Below are positions 1-8,493 of a stretch of 64,000 nucleotides of DNA, in pieces. The DNA is from a virus: the IMG/VR virus record IMGVR_UViG_3300022562_001757, positions 1 through 64,000 of that record; one strand, 5' to 3'. A model generated the notes under the pieces. The model did no database searches. It was not told where the DNA came from and worked only from the letters and a program-made list of their open reading frames with translations. Positions within the stretch are counted from its first letter, which is position 1. Every line of letters begins with the position of its first letter. The position numbers were made by a program, and so were the translations under genes.

Positions 1-194
1 TATGCGCTGAAACGCCGTCCACGCGCGATGAGACGCCGAAGTTTGCGTTCAAGATGGATTCTCTGCGAACTATGTGCAGGTCCAATGCGCGTGTATAGTG
101 CATTGCGCAACCGAATTTTATCCGGTGGATATGTAAGCTCTACATCATCGCTGAGAATGTATGTTTTTCCTCGAAAAAGTATGCGCTTTTTCAC
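1..194 (-). CDS. hypothetical protein (partial, runs off window)
   Basis: GAGGAG RBS then GTG at 194; open to the window edge (MKKRILFRGKTYILSDDVELTYPPDKIRLRNALYTRIG...). Not in the ORF track because it is truncated. Confidence 0.6.
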   Translation of the reverse strand, partial: MKKRILFRGKTYILSDDVELTYPPDKIRLRNALYTRIGPAHSSQRIHLERKLRRLIARGRRFSA

Positions 195-248
195 TAATCG
201 TTCTCCTCGTAGACCAGTACCACCGTAGCCGTCTTTACACAAGATGGA

Positions 249-1268
249 TCATGTCTCCACCTTAGGATCATACTCGCCGACTTGCAAACCCCACTGCCAG
301 GCAAAGGCTTCTTCGAGCGTAGTGATGCTGCCGGGGACACGTTCGTGATACACCTTTTTGCTTCCATCGAGTTCTGGTGTGGAGTTCGTGACTTCCGTCA
401 TCACCAGAGGCTCGTCATTAGGAAGCTCTGCTCGCAAAAGACGCCTCGGGTTTCCTAACGGATCTACGTCAGCATCGAGAACCACTGCACCAATATCGTG
501 AAGGTATCGTCCAGCACCATAGCGCTCCAGCATGATGCGACGTACCTCAACATTTTCTTCGTCGGTGATGCGCTGCGGTGTTAAGTTTTCCGGATTTTCA
601 ATAATGTACTGCGGAACCCGTACGCCATGCACGGCCCACACTCCCCAACCATCAGGATATTGAATCGCCGGTCCGCTAGTGTTGTGAAGACGGTGTCGGT
701 CGTCACGATGCAGGCAGGTTGGTCGTTCTGAAAGGATCACTGTATCGGATGAAGGCCACCACCAGCCGCTGCTCACCGCTACCTCAATCTGCGGACCTGC
801 ATCCGCATCCGTCTTCAGTTCAAGAACGTCCTTAATGGCTTGGTAATACCCTAGCCAGCAAAGGTCATGCTGCCCATAGCAAGGAAGCTGACCCCTAAGC
901 TGGACCCAAAGATGGTTCCTAAGTTGGTCCCAAAGCTGGACCCTAAGTTGGCTCCAAAGCTGGTCCTCAAGTTGAGCCGTAAGTTGGGCCATAATCTGGC
1001 TCCAAAGCTGGTCATCAAGCTGGTCCCTAAACTGATCCCTAAACTGGCCATTAAGTTTACGCTGACTTACCATCAAGAGACCTTCATGGGGACTTCTTGC
1101 CCAAAGGATTTCTTTCGGCTCGTCAAATCCACGTTCCCTGTAGGCTGCCCTGACACCGGCTTCGGCACGGGGGCGATCCGCCGGTCCTGTCTGCAAACCC
1201 AGCTGAAGGTACTTTTCACGTTCCTCTTGGAATCGCTGCCACTGCGCTAGGGTGATCTTGGTAGGCAA
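249..1268 (-). CDS. DUF6745-like protein with QLxx tetrad repeats
   Basis: N-terminal TGPADRPRAE, central (xxQL)n repeat, C-terminal GWWWP...SERP..LHRD...RLH...GPAI.YPDGW..WAVHGV and E.N.EVRR.M.E.YG...NSTPE.DG; full-length paralog of 48497..49549. Confidence 0.8.
   Translation of the reverse strand: MPTKITLAQWQRFQEEREKYLQLGLQTGPADRPRAEAGVRAAYRERGFDEPKEILWARSPHEGLLMVSQRKLNGQFRDQFRDQLDDQLWSQIMAQLTAQLEDQLWSQLRVQLWDQLRNHLWVQLRGQLPCYGQHDLCWLGYYQAIKDVLELKTDADAGPQIEVAVSSGWWWPSSDTVILSERPTCLHRDDRHRLHNTSGPAIQYPDGWGVWAVHGVRVPQYIIENPENLTPQRITDEENVEVRRIMLERYGAGRYLHDIGAVVLDADVDPLGNPRRLLRAELPNDEPLVMTEVTNSTPELDGSKKVYHERVPGSITTLEEAFAWQWGLQVGEYDPKVET
885..1046 (-). repeat. degenerate 12-nt tandem repeat (consensus AGGGACCAGCTT) inside the CDS
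   Basis: About 14 units with near-invariant CAG/CAA CTT and a variable preceding hexamer. Confidence 0.85.
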
Positions 1269-1458
1269 CTATTCTTTCACCTCGTCCGCTACCGTAGCGT
1301 TGGCCATCTTGTCAGCACCTTCACGATGTCGGCGTTGAGCAGCGGCTTCACCAAGCCTTGTAGGCGCTTACTCGGGATCACATTGCAGAGCATCTTGAAC
1401 AGCTCCTGGTCGCCGTCAAGAGGTTGCAGCTAGCCAGCGATTGTGGCTTACGTGACAT

Positions 1459-4400
1459 CTAGGCGTAGATGGCCGCGAAGCCACGGTCGCTGAGCTGGCG
1501 GCGGTAGCGGTAGAGGAGGAACCAGAGGGCCTCGGCCGCGGCAGCCGTGTCGAGGTTGTAGCGGCAGAGCACCACCGCGCGCACGGCGTCGGGCTTGTTG
1601 AAGCCCACACCGTCCTTCTCGATGGCGCCGTCGCAGTGGTTCAGCATGTCCTCATGGGCCCGAATGAGGAGCTGCCGGTACTCGGGATCTGAGATGCGCT
1701 CAGGGGCCTTGAGAGGCTTCTGAGAGCCGTTGGACACGCGGGCCTGCTCCTGCTCACAAATGCGGTCCACGAACGTCTGGTGCGCCTTACGCTCGGCCTC
1801 AGCGGCCTTCTGCTGGCGCTCCGACTCGGCCTTGGCCAGCTTCGCCTGGTGAGCGTCGACGCGGGCCTGCCACTCGGCATCCGACTCAGCCATGACCTTG
1901 ACCGGCGGCGGGGGAGGCGTGTAGCTCACCTCGGCCTCGATGGCGCCCTCGATGAGCCGCTTCTTCTGGTCGAGAAGGTCGTACACCCGCTTCTCCAGCG
2001 AATGATCCACCACCAGGCGGATGTACTCCAGGCTGGAAGCGGTCTGGCCGATACGGCGGATGCGGTCCTCAGCCTGAAGAAGTGTACCAGGTACCCATGG
2101 GAGGTCCACGAAAATCATTCGGCTCGCGTGCGTCAGGGTGAGACCCTCGGCACCGGCGGCGATCGTGAGCGCCACGCCCTTGAGCTTGCCGGACTGAAAG
2201 TCGCGAACCACATTCGCGCGATCCTCAGGAGTCATCGAACCGATAATCATGCCCCACCCCTCGCGAGCGCCAAGTGCCTCCACCGGAGCACGGTGCGCGG
2301 AGAAGACCACGATCGGTTCGTCGGCTTCTTCGTAGCTCTCGACCAGCTCGATGAGCGCGGGGATCTTCTCGGAAGCCAGGTCGGCGCGCAGCGAGGAAAA
2401 CATCTCGAATGGGGGCAGCTCGCCAGCTGAGAGGAATGCATCCGACACGTCCTCCAGCGCGTCCAGTTGCTGCCGCAGACCCTTGCTGATATCATTGACC
2501 AGAATGTGCTGGTAGCGCTTTGTGGGCAGCGAGGTGAGCACGTCGTCCTTGCGACGGCGAAGCATGACCCGGCGCATACGCTCGGCGGCCTCAGGCAGCG
2601 GCTTTGGCGCGAAGTCCCAGCCACCCCAGCGATTCTTGTGCCCACCGAAAAGCGTCACGAAGCGGTCGAATTTACCGAACACTTCCCACGCCAGGCCGCC
2701 GGCGTTGAGCGTGCCCCAGAGGTCGAAGGGACGATTCGCCAGCGGGGTACCGGTAAGCAGCCAGGTCGTAGAGGAGACCTTCGCCACCGCGGTGATTTTC
2801 TTGGTGCGCGCCGACTTGTAGTTTTTTACGAAGTGGCAATTGGAAACCAAGACGCCATCGGCTACGTAGTTGTGATTATCGGCTACTTCAAGATTGTAGA
2901 CAAAATCGTCTTGGCTACAGATTCCGGATCCCGAAGTATTTCCTCGTTCCAGAATCTCAATACGGACCACCCGAGATGATCCAGAACGAAGTTTTTCCTT
3001 TTGTCCAGGAAGCGCCACTTTTTTGACCGATGCGTGTTTCCGTCGACCTCGATAGCCGTCTTTGACTCCGGGTGCGCAATGTCCACTTGGTAGAACTTTG
3101 GCAGACTGCTTAGCAGACCCGGATTTATGCACGTAAGAGCCGTCCGTGCCTTTCCGAGTTTTATTGTGTACTCCAGCGCAAACCCAGGGCCAAGTAGATC
3201 GAATAGCGTTTGCTGGGGCATTGTGATTTGCGGCTTTCCGCCGCGCCGCAAAAAACTTGGATTCTCCGTATGAAATTTGGCAGCCGCTGCCATTACCTTG
3301 GAGCGGAAATCTGGGTCCTTGTTTAAGCGCGTCATGCGCTCCGATGCGGCTGAATTGCATCTCCCCTGCATTGGATGGCCAACTTTCTCTAGACGTTGTT
3401 TGAGACGATGACTCAACTCTTCCCGATATGCAGGCTTGGTGCATCTGTAGATCGACCAGCATGACTTCGTGCAGAAGCGCTGTTTTGGCTGATTCGTTTT
3501 GACGATGAAATCCATCCCGCAGCCTGCGCACGCGCGCTTGCACTCCGGTGCCTTGTTTGCAGCGGCTATTTTCGCCTTGACCTCCGGTCTGGAATTGGTG
3601 CTCTTGGCGGCGCATGCTTTGGAACAGAACCTCGCTGTTGATTTTCCTCTTTTCTGTGTCATGAACGTTGTCTGACAATGTTCGCAGACGCGCTCCACAA
3701 CGGAGCGATCCCGCCGCAACGTACCCTTCGTCTGTCCAGATTTTGTGGTTGGATGTGCAGGTGAACTCTCCGTCTTCATGAACCACCTTCACCAGAGAGT
3801 TATGCCTTTTATGCCGCATCCAGCGGGAAACTGGCTTGTACTCCCAGGTCTTTAGCTCTATATTAAAGGAAATAGCGTTGACCTGCAACTTGTTTTCAAC
3901 AATGTCTTGGATTTTCAGTAGCCCACGGTCTGTTAGAATCTCCGTGCTCCCCGGGAAGCACTCGTCCACCACCAGGACCACATCCGAGAAATTCGCGGCT
4001 TCCTTTTCCAGCGGCGCCTGGGTGTAATTCACGATGATGATTTCGCCCGCCTCAGGAGCCCGCGCACGGCCCGCGGTCACGACCGGGGTAAAGTCGGGGC
4101 GCCACTTCAGAGTCTCGTCGCGCCACACGTAGCGAACGGAATTCGGGCAGACCACCAGCACACGAGAGTCAGGCTCCAGTGCCATCAGCACCTGGACCGT
4201 GTTGTGCGTCACGATAAAATCGTCGGTCACGTACAGGTTGTCCTCAGCCGCTACGCGAATGCACTGTGCTGGCTTCTGCCCAATCGCAACGACGTTCACG
4301 ATAGCACGCGTAGGTCCATACTTCCCTTGGCGTCGTAGCGCTTTGACTTTCCTGTCGAGCTTAAACGGGTTGATGCCGTTTGGCATAGTGATGATTAGGC

Positions 4401-5772
4401 GCCACGAGCGATTTCCTGTGCGCGACTCCCCGTTGTAGGTGTAGGTCGGAATCCTCGACGACAATGTTGCAGTGCCACCAAGGCTGCGCACCAAGTGTAG
4501 TACATCCTCTGCCAAGTCTTGGCTAGACGATGAAAATTCAATAGTGGAATTATCGTACGCACTTCCGTCCGTGTCCAGAAGACCGGCCAGAAGTTCGCGG
4601 CGCTGCGCTACCGTTCCGAATAGATAAGGTCTAGGGATAAATTTGTCCGTGGATGAGCAGCCCCACAATGCCAGGTCTCTGAGTGCCTCGGTAATAGGAT
4701 TGGTATTCGAGTCTCTTCCACTAGACAAAGAGAAGTCTACGCAATGATCGTGAGCCGCCAATTGAGACACATGGACGCCATCGGGCAGGCGCTGCGCAAT
4801 GATTTCGGAAATAGCGGCGTCAGACGTGATAGTAGGGGTTCCGGAAATTATAGATCCGTCACCCAACAGTGCACCCAGAACATAGGGATCAATGGGTAGC
4901 GCCTGCGCATTGAACTCCACTGGGTCCACCATGGGAATGAAATGCTTGCAGTTGCCAGCCTTGTCGCGAAGGCCGACTTCCATGATGGCGCGCAATGACA
5001 ATGTTTGGTACCCCGAACCGCGCTTTTTGCGTGTGGGGGTAATGACGTTCCACAAGTGCTCTTCACAGCACTCAGTGCTCGCCCCATCGGAGAAGGTCAC
5101 ACGATAAATCTGCTTCTTGCCTTGTGGATACACGCCAATAACTGGCGTTGGCTGGCCGTTGCTCCCGATAACCAGGTCACCTACCTGGATAGTAAGCATG
5201 AGCTTCCAGCCCTTTGGCGTTAGAATCGCCGCATCCAAGGGTTGCGCTTTTCCGAGGCCCATGTCGTCGGCGAGTAGAGCGCGGTTGTGGAGCGCGAGGA
5301 ACTCGACACCGTCGACCTGGTAGTCGTACAGGCCGGTGTCGGCACAGCGGGCGAGGGCGCGGTCCCGGCGAGGATCGCTGAGGACGCGCAGCTCGTCGTC
5401 CACGTTGAGCTGGAGCTTATCGGCGACTTCGAGCACGCGGGCGCGGTGCTTGGCGTCGGCGGAGCAGGTCCATTGCTTCAGCTCGGGGTTCCAGCGGGCG
5501 CCGGGAAGGCTGCGCAGGAGAGGGAGCGCGTCGCGGTCGAACTCCATGACGATGCCCAACAGGAGGGCGCTAACCTGGATCAGGCGGCGGATGGTCTGCT
5601 GCACACCAACACCCTCGATTCCGTGCGGCTCGGCGCAGCGCGCATCGTTGCACACGCTGAACCACTTACCGTGACTATTTTTCGTCGACCAACCCTGTCC
5701 AACCGCGAGAGTCTTGCCGCAGGTGAGGCACTTCGAGTCGCGCTTGTTTCGGATTTTGAAAGTCGTCGTCAT
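1459..5772 (-). CDS. SNF2/SWI2-family (HARP/SMARCAL1-like) helicase with two inteins
   Basis: LYDYQVDG Q-motif, LLADDMGLGK|T Walker A, VVDE|CH Walker B, LTGTP, MLRRRK, GAEGLTL, QAEDRIRRIGQ; N-terminal CxxC zinc ribbon and ARWNPELKQW HARP-like segment; GGAGGA RBS. Confidence 0.95.
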   Translation of the reverse strand: MTTTFKIRNKRDSKCLTCGKTLAVGQGWSTKNSHGKWFSVCNDARCAEPHGIEGVGVQQTIRRLIQVSALLLGIVMEFDRDALPLLRSLPGARWNPELKQWTCSADAKHRARVLEVADKLQLNVDDELRVLSDPRRDRALARCADTGLYDYQVDGVEFLALHNRALLADDMGLGKAQPLDAAILTPKGWKLMLTIQVGDLVIGSNGQPTPVIGVYPQGKKQIYRVTFSDGASTECCEEHLWNVITPTRKKRGSGYQTLSLRAIMEVGLRDKAGNCKHFIPMVDPVEFNAQALPIDPYVLGALLGDGSIISGTPTITSDAAISEIIAQRLPDGVHVSQLAAHDHCVDFSLSSGRDSNTNPITEALRDLALWGCSSTDKFIPRPYLFGTVAQRRELLAGLLDTDGSAYDNSTIEFSSSSQDLAEDVLHLVRSLGGTATLSSRIPTYTYNGESRTGNRSWRLIITMPNGINPFKLDRKVKALRRQGKYGPTRAIVNVVAIGQKPAQCIRVAAEDNLYVTDDFIVTHNTVQVLMALEPDSRVLVVCPNSVRYVWRDETLKWRPDFTPVVTAGRARAPEAGEIIIVNYTQAPLEKEAANFSDVVLVVDECFPGSTEILTDRGLLKIQDIVENKLQVNAISFNIELKTWEYKPVSRWMRHKRHNSLVKVVHEDGEFTCTSNHKIWTDEGYVAAGSLRCGARLRTLSDNVHDTEKRKINSEVLFQSMRRQEHQFQTGGQGENSRCKQGTGVQARVRRLRDGFHRQNESAKTALLHEVMLVDLQMHQACISGRVESSSQTTSRESWPSNAGEMQFSRIGAHDALKQGPRFPLQGNGSGCQISYGESKFFAARRKAANHNAPANAIRSTWPWVCAGVHNKTRKGTDGSYVHKSGSAKQSAKVLPSGHCAPGVKDGYRGRRKHASVKKVALPGQKEKLRSGSSRVVRIEILERGNTSGSGICSQDDFVYNLEVADNHNYVADGVLVSNCHFVKNYKSARTKKITAVAKVSSTTWLLTGTPLANRPFDLWGTLNAGGLAWEVFGKFDRFVTLFGGHKNRWGGWDFAPKPLPEAAERMRRVMLRRRKDDVLTSLPTKRYQHILVNDISKGLRQQLDALEDVSDAFLSAGELPPFEMFSSLRADLASEKIPALIELVESYEEADEPIVVFSAHRAPVEALGAREGWGMIIGSMTPEDRANVVRDFQSGKLKGVALTIAAGAEGLTLTHASRMIFVDLPWVPGTLLQAEDRIRRIGQTASSLEYIRLVVDHSLEKRVYDLLDQKKRLIEGAIEAEVSYTPPPPPVKVMAESDAEWQARVDAHQAKLAKAESERQQKAAEAERKAHQTFVDRICEQEQARVSNGSQKPLKAPERISDPEYRQLLIRAHEDMLNHCDGAIEKDGVGFNKPDAVRAVVLCRYNLDTAAAAEALWFLLYRYRRQLSDRGFAAIYA
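2839..3960 (-). mobile_element. intein 2 (class 1, Cys1...Ser-Asn, +1 Cys) in the DECH box, 374 aa
   Basis: CFPGSTEILT block A, CTSNHKIW block B, VYNLEVADNHNYVADGVLVSN blocks F/G; removal restores VVDECHFVKN. Confidence 0.92.
2883..3779 (-). CDS. alternate-frame Zn-finger + Vsr/DUF559-like PD-(D/E)XK endonuclease nested inside intein 2
   Basis: CEHC...RFCSKAC and CAGC...RFCTKSC zinc modules, SERMTRLN, then YQVDIA...AIEVDGNTH...DKRKN..L..LGWSVLRFWNEEI; frame offset by +1 from the helicase; start may be GTG 3698. Confidence 0.85.
   Translation of the reverse strand: MKTESSPAHPTTKSGQTKGTLRRDRSVVERVCEHCQTTFMTQKRGKSTARFCSKACAAKSTNSRPEVKAKIAAANKAPECKRACAGCGMDFIVKTNQPKQRFCTKSCWSIYRCTKPAYREELSHRLKQRLEKVGHPMQGRCNSAASERMTRLNKDPDFRSKVMAAAAKFHTENPSFLRRGGKPQITMPQQTLFDLLGPGFALEYTIKLGKARTALTCINPGLLSSLPKFYQVDIAHPESKTAIEVDGNTHRSKKWRFLDKRKNFVLDHLGWSVLRFWNEEILRDPESVAKTILSTILK
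4201..5247 (-). mobile_element. intein 1 (Ala1, class 3 WCT type) with LAGLIDADG homing endonuclease, in the Walker A motif, 349 aa
   Basis: AQPLDA start, ECCEEHLW, AQCIRV, VTHN end; LGALLGDG and LLAGLLDTDG LAGLIDADG helices; removal restores GLGKTVQ. Confidence 0.93.
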
Positions 5773-5800
5773 GAGTGGGATCCTCCGTGGCTCTTCTATT

Positions 5801-5830
5801 GTTGTACCACCACGGTATTACGTTGTCAAT
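5801..5830 (-). promoter_or_regulatory. sigma70-like promoter with conserved spacer (helicase)
   Basis: ATTGACA-ACGTAATACCGTGGTGG(17)-TACAAC, upstream of the GGAGGA RBS. Confidence 0.75.
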
Positions 5831-5924
5831 ACGCGTAAAGAAGATAAATTACGATTTGGCGCTACGTGGAGAGCGCTGAAATTCTTTTGAAACTAGGTAG
5901 TGGAAGAAAAAGAAGGAGGATGGA

Positions 5925-6725
5925 TTAGTCGAGGAAGGCGACCGCGTTGCTGGTGCTCTCGGAGTTCATCACGACGCGGTGCCAGCAGTCGAGCTTCAGC
6001 GTCTTGTGGTCGGCGTGGCTCACCTTGCCGCGCACGTAGACCGTCGTCGCGATCGTCCGGTCCACCCACATGAACGCCTTGATGTCCGGATGGCACTCCC
6101 GGCGCATCTCGTTGTACTTCTTCATCGAGATGCCGTTCGGGTACTTGCTGCACACCATCACGATGCGCCCGATCGCGCGGTACAGCTCCTCGACCGTGTG
6201 CGGCTTGGAGCGGAAGTTCCGCTGGAGAGGCTCGTGCTTCATGATGAGCTTGGGATTCGGCTCGAAGTCCGGCTCCGGCACGAAGAACCACTCACCCTGG
6301 CGCTTGTACGCCTTGTTGTGGCGCTTGTGCCAGTTCTTCTGGCGCACACCCTTGGCCTTCTGCTCCTGCGCCACCTGAGCCGGCTTGAGCGACTCCTTGG
6401 CCTCCCACACGGTGTTGCCACGGGTCTCGGCGACGAACCAGTGACGCTCGTCGTGGCCCATCAGGAGGGACCGCTTGACCTCACCACGCGTACCGTCCTC
6501 GCGCGAGCCCAGCACGAGGTGTCGTCCGGGAGCGTCCAGGTTGAGCACGTCGACCGCCTTGACAGCCGGCGACACGCGCAGCTCGAAATACTCGCCCTGG
6601 CGGTCGTTCTTGACGTCGGCCACCAGGGGAGCGCTGCGCCCCCGCACCGTCGTTACCGGCACCGAGACGATCTTTACCCGCGCTCCCATCTTGGAGAACT
6701 GCTTCTTCACGTGATCGAACTGCAT
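5925..6725 (-). CDS. conserved hypothetical protein with C-terminal RQGEWFF...HxDH domain
   Basis: Strong codon bias; GHDERHWFVA, RQGEWFFVP, VRGKVSHADH; C-terminal part resembles 48049..48363; start set at ATG 6725 behind AGGGG. Confidence 0.75.
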   Translation of the reverse strand: MQFDHVKKQFSKMGARVKIVSVPVTTVRGRSAPLVADVKNDRQGEYFELRVSPAVKAVDVLNLDAPGRHLVLGSREDGTRGEVKRSLLMGHDERHWFVAETRGNTVWEAKESLKPAQVAQEQKAKGVRQKNWHKRHNKAYKRQGEWFFVPEPDFEPNPKLIMKHEPLQRNFRSKPHTVEELYRAIGRIVMVCSKYPNGISMKKYNEMRRECHPDIKAFMWVDRTIATTVYVRGKVSHADHKTLKLDCWHRVVMNSESTSNAVAFLD

Positions 6726-6841
6726 GGCATTTACCCCTTGTTTTTGTATGACTCGCACGGGCCTGAGTACATCCATACGCCATAAGTGGCGCCGTTCACC
6801 CTAAATCCGTGCGAGTCTTTCTTTTGCAAACTCCTTCTGAT

Positions 6842-6871
6842 GGTGTGCCACTACAGTGATACGTTGTCAAT
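6842..6871 (-). promoter_or_regulatory. sigma70-like promoter with conserved spacer
   Basis: ATTGACA-ACGTATCACTGTAGTGG(17)-CACACC; weak -10. Confidence 0.55.
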
Positions 6872-6878
6872 ACTGATT

Positions 6879-7220
6879 CTAGGATTTTTCTTTCAAGCTG
6901 CGAATGGCATCCATGATGGCCGCGTGCGCTTCGCCGGTTTTATCCAGCGCGTCTGCCTTTCGCGCCAACATTTCCAGCATTTCATTGCGCTCTTGCCGAC
7001 GTCCACTGCCGTAGGTGAATCCTTCCACAGTGTCCGCCGCAGAAAGTAGCGCTCCGTGTGCTGCCTGCACGATACCATCCCAGTCTTTGGCCTTAAGACG
7101 TAGCATTGCCGCAATGTCCTTCTGGGCATCGTGGCGACCACGGCGATAGGCACTTTTGATCTTGGAGTCTTCTGAAACTTGCCGAAGGCTCTTTTTCACA
7201 GGTAGGGCGTTTATTGGCAC
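6879..7220 (-). CDS. hypothetical protein
   Basis: 113-aa ORF with AAAGGA RBS; internal duplicated MLRLKA / MLARKA segments. Confidence 0.6.
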   Translation of the reverse strand: MPINALPVKKSLRQVSEDSKIKSAYRRGRHDAQKDIAAMLRLKAKDWDGIVQAAHGALLSAADTVEGFTYGSGRRQERNEMLEMLARKADALDKTGEAHAAIMDAIRSLKEKS

Positions 7221-7272
7221 GTCATTTTCCTTTACCGGTTTTGGTCTTCAGATGTCTGCGTCGACAGGCCGC

Positions 7273-7611
7273 TTAGTTTTCTTCACGGCCGACCTCGTTC
7301 AAAGCAGCGATAAGCAAACCGCGAGATTTCTGGTCAAGAGCGGAAATAGCATGATTCAGCCGTTTCCGTATTAGCCGTTCGGCGTGCACCTCGAAGTTTT
7401 CGAGCATCTGGATAGTCTTGAGGACCTCGCGCAGCTGAAGGCGATACGGATGCCGCCACCACGGTTCATTCTTGATGCGAACACGCAATTCGGCAGCTTT
7501 CTCGTGGAGAATGCGGGTTGTTTGGTTGGCGCGCATCAGTATGTCAAGTTGCAGCAGCATTGCTCTCATTCTCCTTTTGCACCGCGCCCGCAGGCGTAGA
7601 GCAAAATCCAT
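7273..7611 (-). CDS. hypothetical protein
   Basis: 112-aa helical ORF co-oriented with its neighbours. Confidence 0.5.
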   Translation of the reverse strand: MDFALRLRARCKRRMRAMLLQLDILMRANQTTRILHEKAAELRVRIKNEPWWRHPYRLQLREVLKTIQMLENFEVHAERLIRKRLNHAISALDQKSRGLLIAALNEVGREEN

Positions 7612-7849
7612 GGCCCGACTTGAACGGGCTGGCTTCCAAGCGCACAGACATAGTGCGGCTTTTCGGGCATGGCGCCGCTACCATCGACAGATATGTCCTA
7701 TCTGCCCTACGGTGCTTGACGGCATCAGTACCGTCTCTAAAGGCCAGCACCGCATGACCTACTGCATGACCGCCACACGACAAGAGACGCGGTCTGAGGC
7801 TAGCAGCGGAGCCTTTTAGACGCACCCAGACTTGAACTGGGAACTTTGT

Positions 7850-7858
7850 TGTTACAAT
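7850..7858 (+). promoter_or_regulatory. extended -10 promoter for a leaderless HNH transcript
   Basis: TGTTACAAT ends 5 nt before ATG 7864; no SD; TTGAAC (antisense T-loop) lies upstream. Confidence 0.5.
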
Positions 7859-7863
7859 ATAGC

Positions 7864-8493
7864 ATGAAAGCAAAACCAATGGTCAAATTAAAGTGCACGC
7901 ATTGCGGAAAACTGTTCCTTCGTAATGCGAGTCATTATCAACAAAACCTAGAGCGGCAGCAACGCATATTCTGCTCACTCGTTTGCCAAAATGAAGGAAA
8001 GAAGAAGGCATGCCAAGAACACGCTTGTAAAAACTGTGGAACGCCTACCAAGAACCCAAAGTTTTGCTCCAGAGCGTGCAGTGCTACCTATAACAACCGT
8101 AGAAGTCCAAAACGCAAGCTCCAGAAGTTGTGCAAAGTTTGCGGAAAAGCTATTAATGCCAAAGTAACCTATTGTTCTGCCTGTTTTAGGCAAAAGTGCC
8201 AGCGTATAGACAATTTGCGCCTGCAAGACGTTCAAGCACACTATGGGTCCAGAAATAGTTACACCACTATGGTTCGCCAACGGGCACGTCATGCTGCTGA
8301 GGCGCTTGGCATTCTGTCCTATTGCAGCGTTTGCGGTTACAGTGCGCATGTGCACTGCTGTCATATCAAACCCGTTAGCGCCTTTCCACTTACCACTAAG
8401 CTCAAAGTAGTTAATAGAGCTAGCAATTTGGTTGGCCTATGCCCAAATCACCATTGGGAATTCGACCACGGGTTGCTAAAATTACCTAAGTAG
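7864..8493 (+). CDS. HNH endonuclease with multiple N-terminal zinc-binding modules
   Basis: CTHC/FCSLVC/CKNC/FCSRAC/CKVC/CSAC, then CSVCGY...HCCHIKPV...N...NLVGLCPNHHWEFD; more AT-rich than its flanks. Confidence 0.9.
   Translation: MKAKPMVKLKCTHCGKLFLRNASHYQQNLERQQRIFCSLVCQNEGKKKACQEHACKNCGTPTKNPKFCSRACSATYNNRRSPKRKLQKLCKVCGKAINAKVTYCSACFRQKCQRIDNLRLQDVQAHYGSRNSYTTMVRQRARHAAEALGILSYCSVCGYSAHVHCCHIKPVSAFPLTTKLKVVNRASNLVGLCPNHHWEFDHGLLKLPK

Noticed and set aside
885-1046. 12-nt repeats as a CRISPR or guide-RNA array
   Set aside because: The units are too short, lie in frame inside a conserved CDS and have no spacer-sized unique segments; no cas-like or Nop-domain gene was recognised.
851-1250. 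ORFs 867..1250(+), 851..1051(-) and the equivalents at 49081..49717
   Set aside because: They are shadows of the stop-free 12-nt repeat inside the DUF6745 genes, with no RBS or independent motifs.
1270-1458. Amber (TAG) recoding, suggested by TAG-interrupted frames here and near 7680
   Set aside because: Many clear genes end at TAG with the next gene starting right after, and long genes have no internal TAG. These short frames are more likely remnants.
7847-8489. Group I intron in the split tRNA
   Set aside because: The antisense ORF leaves under 20 nt of flank, no catalytic core is visible, and joining the halves would not restore the anticodon stem.
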